This document shows positions 49,964-61,818 of a stretch of DNA of 64,000 nucleotides, in pieces (positions within the stretch are counted from its first letter, which is position 1; every line of letters begins with the position of its first letter). A program made the position numbers and the translations under genes. The notes beneath the pieces were generated by a model. It was not told the origin of the DNA. It did no database searches and saw only the letters and a program-made list of their open reading frames with translations. The stretch comes from Lama guanicoe (lineage: Eukaryota). The stretch lies in NCBI GenBank assembly GCA_013239625.1, contig MU056313.1, positions 4,898,435 to 4,962,434 on the forward strand, written 5' to 3'.

Positions 49964-52409
49964 ATCTAGAAAATTATACTAATTATTTTATGAACACTTG
50001 ATGAACTTTATAGTGATGATTATGGTGATGAAGAGGAAGATGATTAACATGATGATGGTGATAATGACCAGGAAAATAATTGGCGTGAACACTGGAAACA
50101 ATCCAACGCATTTGCCGTTTACAATACCAAGTTGAAACTTCTTGACTTCACACTACAATTCCTTCAACAGAATTTTCTCATTTTTTGTTATGGTACTTTG
50201 ATTCTCCATAGAACTTCACCTTTTTCCTTAGGTGAAACAGGATATTACTATTTTCCTGTCAAATATAAACAGTCACTATCATCAATAATCATCATCATCC
50301 ATCCACTTGCCAAGATATTGCAACAGAAAGTATTTTGTATTTGTCATCTTCATTCCACAAGTTTCAATCATATTTCTTCCATCCTATGAACTCCTTTCCA
50401 GTGAAAGTTGAATACAAATTACTAATAAATATAATTAGTTGTTTTCTAAGCTACCACTGTCTCAAATATATATATTGTAAAGAGGAGCTATCTATCTGTG
50501 ATTACACCTGACATCCACCCAAGTAATAACACCTTCCCTACTTTGATTCAAACAGAATCAGAGAACTAATAACTATGCAAGAACTTGGCACCATGTCCAG
50601 GTATGTCCCTTCTCTAGCCGCTGTCCTTCACTGGTGGTTGATTCAATTTACAAAAGTCACCAGTAAGGAAAAAGTTTTGATGATGGGGTGAAAATTTAGG
50701 TCATTTTGCGGTAATAGCCTGACCAGTTTTGATGCTGTGGGAAAAGACACAAGGGTTTTTGTCCCTCCCTGCTCCTCACCCCAGAATTAAGGAAGCTGAA
50801 TTTCAGCTCAGGTTAAACTCTTAGCATGGTCATTAGTTGAGGCTAAAATAAAGCTGACTTGTTTGCCCAAGGCAAAACAGTCATCCCAAATCAACTGCCA
50901 CTATGATGGAGTCTGCAAACCATGGCAGATTTGACTCATGCTGACCTTTCCTAATGGCGAGAATGATGCATTAAACATCAATGCCCCAAGAAACAACTTA
51001 GAGTATGGAGTGGAGAAGCGGGGGGAAATTCCGGTGATAGTTAAACAAACACATGATACTCTAGACCCTTTGCATCGTTCATACATTCAACTATTCACCT
51101 CGTGCTGTTATGTGCTTGGTACTGAAGGACAGAGTGTTGAGGATCACAAAGTCTAGTTCTGCTATTAACCACTCATTAGACCAAAAGGTGTTTCACGTTG
51201 CATGTCACTTCAAAACGACCTGGGAGCTATCTTCAAACTGTGTGCTTGCACAAAATTGGAGGAAAATCTTCCTAGCGATCTCTGATACTAACTAGCGGGA
51301 ACTGTACTCCTCAGGGGAGCTGGGAAATAAAAATTTCTTATGAGAATTTATCATCCAAAGATCCCAAGACTAACGAAATGCCTCTACAACTTGTCAGGTA
51401 ACAATGAAAAGAAAGACACTATTATGAAGACTCATAATATCCTAGAAGTATTTTCTTGAATTGATATTTAAGGTGATGGATGACATATTTCAAATGTCAC
51501 AAATATATTGAACAGTTAGATTCATGCTTTAAATATAAACCCTATGTGCTAAAGAACATACTAGTTATTTTAAAATAGATTATTTCTAACCTTCCCTCCA
51601 AACCTAGAAACACAGGTTTCTCACACATATGCCCAATGCTTAGGAACACTTGACAGGAAGCAGCATGTAATTGGAAACATTTTAATAAATCATACACAGA
51701 CTGTGAGGCTTTTCTCAAATAGAATTGCGAGTGAAGAGTATAATAAAATTGGCAATATGGGTTTGTTACTAAAAAATCAGTTTATAGATATGATCTTAGA
51801 ATTGCACACCCATTTTCAGATATATAAATTTAGTGGGATATGGTTGTGGGAAGACGAAGGCCACTCTAAAATCAGGCTTCAAATCAACCATTTTTTTCCT
51901 AGTAATCCATTATTAATGATAAAGACTTTAGAAAATATATTTCTCTGTTGTTGTTTCCGTAGTGAACTGTGGCATCCAAATTCCCAGTGCTTGTCCCGTT
52001 GTGCAGAAAACAAGTGACCTACCAGCCCACGCAAGGCTGCACATTTGTTTACGTTGGACCTCATTCCTAAATGTCATGACTCCAACCTGCCAGTTCTGTT
52101 ATACGGCAGTTATGAGACATGATTCATCTCCCTGTGTGAACGCATTTTTTATGTTAGCCATCAATAACCATGACAATGATAATACACTGTGAGACTGATA
52201 ATGATGAGGTCTTTTTTTCCAATTAGCTTAGTATAATCGATAGTAAAAATAAAAAGATTGATAAAACCGTGACCTCTTGCCTTGACTAAGCAACTGACAA
52301 TATAGAGATGTTTAGAGTGATTTGGTTAAACTATGAACAATAAAGTAATGACGAATGGTACTTTATAGAGCAGAATTACCAAAGCAGTTTTTCAGTGTGC
52401 ATGTCCCTA

Positions 52410-52620
52410 TTCACACACATACATATATATACGTGAGTTTATATAATATAGGATATTATGAAGTATATTGAAATATAATGAAACCTATTCATTATAATAT
52501 AGTATCATATATATTATATATAGAATGAAATAAATATAATATAATAAAAGTATATAATGAAATATAATGAAAGAAAACATAATGGAAGGAAAAAAATCAA
52601 AGAAAGTATAATAATCCATA
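52410..52620. repeat. AT-rich low complexity (tataatgaaa-like units)
   Basis: Repeated atataatgaaa/tatata motifs. Confidence 0.8.
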
Positions 52621-53352
52621 TGGGTCAGAACTTCTGGTAAAGGAGATAATAAAATTCAGAAGAGACAATCATCAACTATACGTTAGACAATCACAGGCTG
52701 GCAAATCATTAGAAATAACATCTCACTGATCAAATTTGCCGCATCCTACTTATCATCTAACTTCTTGGGAAGCCCCACCTCCTCCATTAAAGCTGTAAAG
52801 TGACTTCTGAAATTGAACTGATTAAAATTTTTAGGGCACACATTCCACTATCATAACCATATGGGTCCAACTTAGGAGAAATTAAACTACAAATAATCGA
52901 TACTTACAAAGGTATAAAATTAATTCTGTGTTAACAGTAGGAAATTATCCAATTGCGGTCTATTAAATTCAACATAGATATACCTAAGCGACTAGATTAG
53001 TAGAAATAAAGGGAATTAGGGAGAATACTGAGAAATTTTATTAGCAATTGAAAAACAATAGAGTGGTGAGTGAAAAGTGTCATGTATTAAGATGAATAAT
53101 TATGGCATATTTAATTGCTAAATTACATTTAATCTTAGTTTGGGGATCCTTTTTTTTGATACGGGAATTAATTGCAATAGGTTTTTAAATGGGGGGGAAA
53201 GGGGGAGGATTTTGTTGGTGACTTTTGGTTTTATTGAATCAAAAAATAATGTCTATAAACCTCTATGTTTTGGAATTTGTTAGTTTGTCTTGACCAATTC
53301 ATGAGTCATTTTACATTTTTTTGCATGGAATCAGAGAAAAACATGTTCTCTG

Positions 53353-53570
53353 TAGGCAGCATGACAGGTAAGTGTCTTACAGCCACAGGGCCTGGAGCCG
53401 TACCAGCTGGGTTAAGTCCTTTCTGTTGCGTAGCCCTGAAGAAGTTAGCTTTCCAATTGGTGCCTCAGTTTCCTCATTGGTAAAAGGCTTTTATGAGGAT
53501 TACATGAATTACCATGGCAAACCCTGGAGCAGTACCCAGCATATAGCACACAGGATGTAATTGTTTATTA
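53353..53570 (+). mobile_element. MIR SINE
   Basis: gtgcctcagtttcctcattggtaaaa...tgaggattacatga...cagtacccagcatatag. Confidence 0.8.
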
Positions 53571-53639
53571 AATATCTAACATTTTATCCATCTACTATAT
53601 ATGTATCTCTATATATACAAAACACCCACACAAATCTGC

Positions 53640-54200
53640 TGATTGGATTACACTGTACAGATCCTTGCTTGTCTCACTCTACCTAATTACAAACTGTCTC
53701 CATTATCATTTTTTTTTCCCCAGTTGTACTTCTGGGAGACTTTGCTTTATGTGTTCCACAGCTATGTTGCTTGGTACAAATAAGTTCACAATTCTTCACC
53801 TTCTTATGATTAGAAAGTTTTCTGCTTCCATGACACTCTTTTTGTTCTGTGTAATGGTGATAGCCTTGAATTCCACTGTAGGTGAAACTGATAAGGCAAC
53901 TCCAACTTTCTCCTTGTTCTCCATTTACCAGGCACATCTTAGGATGGCATTTTCGAACATCAGAAACATTATTTCAGATGTACTCTTTATGGGCAGTTGG
54001 ACTGTGCCTTTCATCCCCTTCTGAGAGTCTCTGGCTCTCCTTTGGAATGCTAACACATTATCGCCTGGCTGATTTGATTCCATCCCTTCCTTGAATAAAC
54101 GACTAACTATATTATACATTACTTGGTTCTCTCATTTTTCTCATTCTTATTTTTACGGGGTTTGTCAACTTTTGTTTAATTCATTTTGTGTTCTCTACCT
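53640..54200 (-). mobile_element. Ancient L1M ORF2 endonuclease-domain remnant
   Basis: Minus strand 53909-53865 translates KVGVALSVSPTVEFK, matching L1 EN KAGVAILISDKxDFK. Confidence 0.7.
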
Positions 54201-57200
54201 ACTTCTCCCAAGAAATCAAAATTCTGCAAGGCAGCTCAATATGCAGAGGACTTTAAATAGTTAAACTGTATTTTGAATATTTAAAAGCTGCTAGTAGAAG
54301 ATTTTGTGTCAAAGAATGAAAAATAAACACTTTTTGCAAGTGATGAGCTTTTTTATTAAACAATGGAGAGAGTCAGTATTGATTTTTTAATGTGTTTCCT
54401 AACATAAATATTTGGTAGAAAATACAGTTTTTTAAAAAAAAATTTTAAATTACTTTTTAAGAGTGGAATTCCACAGAGTGGTTTTTAAGTGTTTTAATTA
54501 ATTTTTTTTTTTATTTTTGCGGAAGCTATTAAAAACAAGAGGAAACAGAACCTTACATTCCTAAACACAATCTCTCCATGAGGCCCAGAGCTAAGTTCTG
54601 GTTTTCAGTCATTTTTTTCTGACTTAGCGACATCAGAGGAGAGCAGGCTGGCTGTCAAATATTTACAAGCCCACACTTGCCCCAAGTTGGGCATATACAA
54701 ATCACAGGGACTCTTCCATTTATTAATCTATTTTGTTTCGTAAGGTGCATATCCAGTAAATATATCTTAACACAGCTTAAAAAGCTAGTTAGTATAGCTC
54801 CTTTGGAAAACCTCAAACATCTTGGTCTTCCCACTTTTCACTCACCACTCTATTGTTGTTCAATTGCTGATTTCCAGAGATTGCTGCTCTGTGAAAAGTT
54901 CCCAGGCTGAGGAAATGAAACCCTTTCCAAAAATTCATAAATGACTCTGATCGTGCATTCCCTCTCCACATTAACTGCAGACTGTGTGATTTGAAAGTTA
55001 AATGCATTTAAAAAGTTAAGTACATTAGTGATTAGAGATCCTCGTTAAGCGAGGAAGGCTCCCCCCAACCCAAAAGGTGTACACAATCCTTAAAATAGCC
55101 TCATGCTGCTGGGCCTTCTGTTCTTTATCCAGTATGTGTCCTCCAGGGAGTACATTGGGAGGTAAATGAATGCAAGAGAGTCTCACTAGGCATTTTTATT
55201 CAAGTCTGTCTATTGTCACATTCTGGAGAACACTCGAGAAGGAAGCTGGGGAGCAGTAGTAAAACCAGGCGCGAGCTGTCAGTGGAATAGTTTGTCACTG
55301 TTCCACCGACAAAAGGCAGACTGTCACAATAAACGGCATTTATTCCTTTCATATTTGTGGCTTAGGGCTGGAGAAGGGGAGGCGTCACTGATCGTAATTG
55401 CAGAACAGATAAATAATAATAGTTGCTTGCAAATCATAGATCAAAGAAAACAGAGCGAGGTGGCAGTGATGAAGGCAAGAAAACAGATGCTCCCAGCACA
55501 AGCTAATTTACTACCCTTTTAAAAAATATGCTCTCCTTTCTAACAGTAAAAGTGGAATGATTTTGTTTGCCTCTTCTGCTGCAGGTTCAGGAAGATGAAA
55601 CATCTAAATCATAGATCTTATGAATTATTTTAGGTACGTCAGTATGTGTAGATGGCTGTTCACTCAAGAGGTATTTTGGAAATTCACAGTCATTACTTCT
55701 ACTAACTCGATGTTAAGTGGTGAGCCCTTTGCTTGCTCGAACCATTCTTGTGCTGAGAGCGCCAGCTTGTTAAAGCACACACGGGCCCTATCAGGTTAGG
55801 TTTCTGAGAGAGAAAAATTCATGTTAGGATCCCAAGAATTCCTACCTTATATCACACCTGGACAATCTGACCTCGTTGAGGTAGGATACCTAGCATCCTG
55901 CAAACTGCAGATCTGAATTACACCTTTTCTATTGGACTCCCCCAGACTTGAAAAAGATGACAGTGTGCAGCGCTAACATTGAGCCTGTACATGACAGAGA
56001 CACTGCGGGCAACCTTCTCATTCCTCCAACCTACGGAAACTCAATGGAAAAGTTCCCGGAGGACGACGGAGGCTAAGAAACTCTCTCCATGTTATTACAA
56101 TGTTGAAAGGTTTCTCATTTACTGCTGGTGAAAAGTGTCTATTGTGGCTTCTAATAAAAACCTGTGAAGCCACATGGGTGTAAAGTCATTTTTTTTTCAA
56201 CTTTTCAAGAAACTGGTGACATCGCTAAGTTCACTGTTTCAGCTTTGGGTGTGAAGTATCTCACCCAATTTGTGATGGCAGGTTTACATCTGTGCTGTAA
56301 CCTATCCTTCCAGCAACGTGATTGGAGCTGGGTCTCACACATGGGCAGCCTTGCTCTTTAAGGACTGCATCTGATTGCTCCAGACATACACACGCGGCTC
56401 ACACGTCCGTCTGTGAATATTAGTGTTCCGTGGGCTTTAGGTGAGGATGGGTTAGTGCTTTTGCAAAGAAGGTAGGCTTTGGTATAATATGGAAAGTTGA
56501 CAATACCCAGAGCACAGGAAGAGCTGGCAGTCCCAAGCATAACAACGGAAGGTCCCCGATGGGGACACTAACCCAGAGTTTACCGTGAAGACATCGCGGC
56601 TATCAGCATTTGAGTAGTCAGGTTGCAAACTTTGCTGGTTGTTACCTCCAGCATTTGCTTCTGTCCAGCAGTTTTGACAGTTGCACTGCTCAGAGCAAAC
56701 TGCCACCATACTTTGTTCTGCTTCAGTGCCACTCGACTGTCACAGCCTGTCACAAGGCAAGAAAGCTCCAAACCTAACCCCCTCCGACAGGGTTTAATCA
56801 TTCCTATTACTCCTGTTGCCTGCCCCGGCCACCTTGAAACACACAGCATGCAATTTTACCCTTCTGACAGCACTTGCTTCATAGACTTCTTTTTTTTTTT
56901 TAAAGGAGAATGATAAGCTATATTGCTTTGTTGAAAAAAAATTCAGAGAAATTGATTTATTCGCTAAAGAAATAATACTGAAATGTATCAATTCGGAACC
57001 AGACCCAAATACATCAATTAGAAACTGCAGCTGCCTTTCCCTCTCTGCCTTCAAGTTGTAGCTGCTTTTTCTCTCACTTAACACTGCTAGAAAGAAAAGA
57101 AGGAACACGTCCTTTTTTTGTTTCACTGGGAGAACCAGACAGAAGAGAACTGGTTGTTTCTCGATTAGAGAAAGCATATGGGGAAAGACATCGGTAACGT

Positions 57201-58559
57201 CTCCCCCAGTCACCCTTCATTGGGGAGGGCTTTACACCCACTGACTTGCATTCCCTGATCTGTGAAATAAGAACTCCCTGCCTTGGTCAGCGTCCAACCC
57301 CGCCAGCACAGAGGACTCACCCAGGAGCATATAGATGTTTCACGTGTCATCACATATTTCCCAAGAAAGGTCTCTTTACTGTAGCTGATGGGGTGATGGA
57401 CACCAGAGATTACAACGAGTCTGCTTTTCACTCCTTAAAATAAGAGGCTACAATCAGGGGCAATATGCCTCCATCACAAAGGAGAGAAATGCAGGCAGTC
57501 TTGTCAAACGCTATTAGTCCTGAACTCATCAGAATCCATCAAACCTGCATCGACCATGTGCAGTCACGTATCACGGTCCATCTTCACAATAATCCCCAGA
57601 GAACCCCAGCAGAGCAGGGGAGCAACATCACAAAGGATGCAGGGACAGAATTTTAGGCACTGATGTCACCTGGCCACATGTGCTGTACTACCTCTTTTGG
57701 AATACATGTTTGTGTTTAAAGATGGTCGGTTTTGGCCAAAGACACTGACTTCAGAGAATGAATGTAAATATTTGGTCTGATCTCTGAAGGGCCACTTCAA
57801 CATTCTACATTTAGATTCAAGCCATCTAGCTCAGTGTATGTACTCGAATTTTTTACTAAGCTGACTCAGACTTCTTGGTAGGCAATGGCATGATTGATTT
57901 GCGGCTAGAACAATCTGAGGTTTTTTGCCTAGAATCATGTTATCACTGAGAAAATAATTTCTTCATTTATGTTTTCTTGAGTTAAAAAAAGGAAAGAATC
58001 TTCATGAAACTAATACTTTCAAAAGCTTTCAAAGGTCACAATAAAATAAATTAATGAACTGAACACAAATAACTGAACTGTGAAAAACTAAGTATACTAT
58101 TAGGAGAAACTTTTCCCCTTCCCTTTTAATTAGCATCAGAATAAAAAGCAGTGGGGAAAACCTGGTGTCTGGGGTGTGTGGAGAGGCCAAGGACATCACC
58201 ACCTTAATTTATTGGCACCTGAGCAACAGAATTGTCCAAACAACTGTCACTGAGCTGGACCCGAAATCTGAGGCAGGAGAAACTGGGAAGCGCTCACTGG
58301 CAACCAGAAGACACCCAGGTTTGCACCTGAGAGCTGACTTTCTAAAATCTAACAAAACACATGACCTTGAAAATGCCTTTGGGAAGGTAGCAACCATCGA
58401 GAGTAAGGTAACAACTTGGCCCATACACATTAACATCTCAGTTTTCTGGGGGTTACAGGTAAGATTAATTATGGGTCTTGGCTAACTATGGAATAGAAAT
58501 GTCAAACATGGCTTGTTATGGAACAGTTAGAAATTCCTTCCAATTGTCCAATTCTGAAA

Positions 58560-59090
58560 TAAAAATTATGACCGTAGTGATGCTTGCTGGCCACCCGCTG
58601 CCCTCCAGGCTGTGTTCCACCTACCTTTCCAGCCTGAACGCTAACTCACTCTCAATCCCAGTCCTCATGTTCTGCCTAGATTGGAGACTGGCTTCCTAAT
58701 TATTCATTAAACATGTTTGATAAATTCCCATGGCCATTCCTTTGTTAACGCCACTTCCTTTTGGAATGCCCTTCCCTTCTCTACTATTTGAAACGTTATC
58801 GCTCTTTGGAGGGCAGATTTCACATTCTTATCTGTGAAACATTTTCTCATTCCTCTACTGAACTTTTAAAACATGTTATTTGCACTTTCCTTACAAAAAT
58901 AGTTTATTTTGTATGGGTCTTCTTCTCTGTAGTATTGTAAGCAATTTGAGAGCAGATTGTGTGATTTTTATATATAAGTGTGTGTGTGTGTGTATCTATA
59001 CACACACACACACACACACACTCAAATCACTGAGAATATAGAACACAGTACGGGCAAGTGGTGGGCCGTCAAATGATGAAATGTTACTGT
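58560..59090 (+). mobile_element. LINE-2 3' region containing a microsatellite
   Basis: cacttccttttggaatgcccttccc...tagtattgtaagcaatttgagagcagattgtgt. Confidence 0.65.
58978..59021. repeat. (TG)n-(CA)n inverted microsatellite
   Basis: gtgtgtgtgtgtgtgtat-ct-atacacacacacacacac. Confidence 0.95.
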
Positions 59091-61597
59091 CATCACTCCT
59101 ATTTTGTTACAACTAGCACAGATAACATCAACCTTGCTTTTATCAAAATGCTATTGTGATTGTTGGTCTGGTTACTAGATTGAAGATTTGTGATTAGTAA
59201 ACTGATTTATAGCCTCAATCGTGGCTTCAGTATTTGCCAACACAACTATATCTATAAAAAGTGTTTTACAAGGAATATGCTTGTCAATTTTATATGGTCG
59301 CTTCCTTTCCCCACATCATTTCACTACATAAATGAATCAAGCCTCATTAAACCCCCAAATTCCATTAACTGAAGAGCTTTCCCCGGTGTCGCCTGCTGGC
59401 TGAGGAGTCCCAGGACGTCATTTTGATGAACACGTATGTACCACAGCGCCCCCTTCGTGCCGTGTGATGCTATGACACACGAGGACGTCTCTACACCTCT
59501 CTGCCATCTGCTTGCTCAAGGTCAAAAGCAAAACTCCATGAAAATAACAACTGGTGCCTAAAACACTTCTTTCTGGGGCCTGAAACTGTGGAACATGCCA
59601 GTCATGTGACCCACAGTGTCATTTCAACGGAGTCTCTGCTGTCCATGGCAAAGGAGCTCCGCCTGAGTAATCAACAAGCAGTCCGCGGGAGAGAAAAATG
59701 GCTTCAGCCCAAGCACCAACCTGTACAAATATTTTTCTATACTGAACTCAGGATAGATCCATCTTTTTTTTTTCCATTTTTGCAAAACAACTGCGGGTAT
59801 TATCCAAAAATAGCTGACTGCTAACTAGACAGCTAGCCAGATCTATAACGCTCCATGTGGACGCTGGCTGGTGCTTCTCCATCTGTACAGCCTGCTGCCT
59901 GCCTGTTTTGAATTATGGAGAGCTGGGAGGGGAATCCAAGAGATAAGGACTCAACGGCATAGCTTGCCTCGGCTCTCGCTGTCATGGAGGGGGTGAGGGG
60001 ATATTTTTCTCTTTTATGCTTTGACAGTGGCTGATTATATGTGATTATATAGGATTCCAACCAACCTCCTCACTCTCATAGTTCCTGATGGAAGAACACC
60101 TGACCTAGAGTTCGCTGAGTCCCAGGGGGTGCAGATCTGATTCCATTCAGGTGTCCTAATGCTATCTGTCCACCAGTATTTTAGTTCTTCCCTATTCTGT
60201 GTCTTATTTTCTTACACTTCAAACCTTGGGGACTCTTATTTCCTTTCAACAAATAGTCTAACACTTATTAAACAGAGAAATGCATCTGCAGAAATGCTTC
60301 CCCATCAGATGTTAACTTTCAGCTCTGAACTTGAAATCTCTGTTGCGTGAGTGGCAGCAGGTAAAGGTTTTAAACTCTTTCCAGCAGATGGAATAAGTCT
60401 TGTTAGTTATTAAATTGCCACTGAGCTATTTTTAGTTTCTTTTTTTTCAGTACTTTTTTCTTTCTTCGTTCTATTATGTGCTATGATTTTAAAAGATACG
60501 ATTTTTTTTCTATTTTGGAAGCAAACAGAAATTTCTAGCAACTGCTGACTTTATTTTTTCATAATTTTACTCTTGGTTCTGTGCTGTCTTTGCAGCAGGG
60601 GTTTGAGAAAATAAAACTGGGGTATGGTGTTAATCATCCTCACTCTAAGAAATAGAGTGATCCCATGGTAGCATTAGGAAATAAGTATTATTTTCTCTAT
60701 TTTGGTTTTGATGGATACGTATATTCCATTTGAAATCCAAATGTAGTAATAAGGAATTCAACAACTTAAATGGTGAATGACCTTGCCAGCAGTGAGAAGT
60801 CATGTCCACTGAGCTGCTGGGGTGGAGTGAATTATAGTTGATGGAGTGAATTACAGTTGAGTACAGTCTGAGGTTGAGAATATCAAACACACTGCTCATA
60901 TGGGAGAGAAATTAGGAATATGAGTCTAAGCAGCTGCTTCTAAGTCAAAGACCTTAAAAATAGAAACTCTGGTGAAGAAAATGGAAACCCAAAACAGGAA
61001 AATGATGTTAGGAATGAGACAGAAGTCAAACTGACGGATTACAAAAAACACGTAGGCACGCCTAAAGAGGTACGCTCAGGCACGTGCAAAAATATCATGA
61101 TGCTAGCTCTGGGTCTTCTTTCCTACCTGCCCTGTGTTTACAGGGGAGGATTTTTCCCCTCAAAAGATCATGACAGAAGTACTCAATCAAAACTCTTGAA
61201 CCTCACTCCAACACCCCGACAGTGTGTGACACCAGTTAATCTGCTGGAATGAAACGAAATTTGGGTGAATGAAGGAAAAAGAAGCTCTATGGCTGTGGTC
61301 GTGGGGTCATTTCCACAGAATCGACGGCGGGCTCCCAGTGTGCGAAGGCCGGTGCTCATGGCCGTTACTCCAGAGCTTGCTTCTGCTGTCGTGCTGTGGA
61401 AAACGTGCAATGGGTTCTGCAGCAGAAAGGAAGTCCATAATGACTTATTATAGGAGAGTTCCTAGAATGGACGGCGGAAGAAATTTGATAGTCCTGGATC
61501 ACAGACTGGGATAATGGCAGGCTTTTCTTGTTTCCTTTACAATAACTTTGCGATGATTAAATTCCATATTTAAAAATATTCTGACTCAACGTCCTCA

Positions 61598-61818
61598 GGA
61601 GGCAATATGTTTCACTGGTATAGTTTTGGCTTTTGAACCACGAGCTTGGGTTAGAAGACTGGAACCATCTCTTACTTCCTGATGACCTCTGTGAACCTCC
61701 ATTTCTTGACCTCGAAATTAGCGCTAATCCTGCAGTGTTTTTGTAAATATTCATGAGCTAGTGATTTAGAATCCTTAGCACTGAGCGCCTCATAAAAATG
61801 AGTGCTGATAATTTATCC
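61598..61818 (+). mobile_element. MIR (degraded)
   Basis: ggaggcaatatg...acctctgtgaacctccatttctt...aatccttagcactgagcgcct. Confidence 0.55.

Noticed and set aside
50080-50400. Minus-strand segment faintly resembling a CR1/L3 endonuclease motif or a pseudogene
   Set aside because: Requires frameshifts and the similarity is too weak to support without an HMM search
55560-55640. Good plus-strand acceptor and donor around a 48-nt segment
   Set aside because: Stop codons in all three frames and no partner exon; not callable as coding
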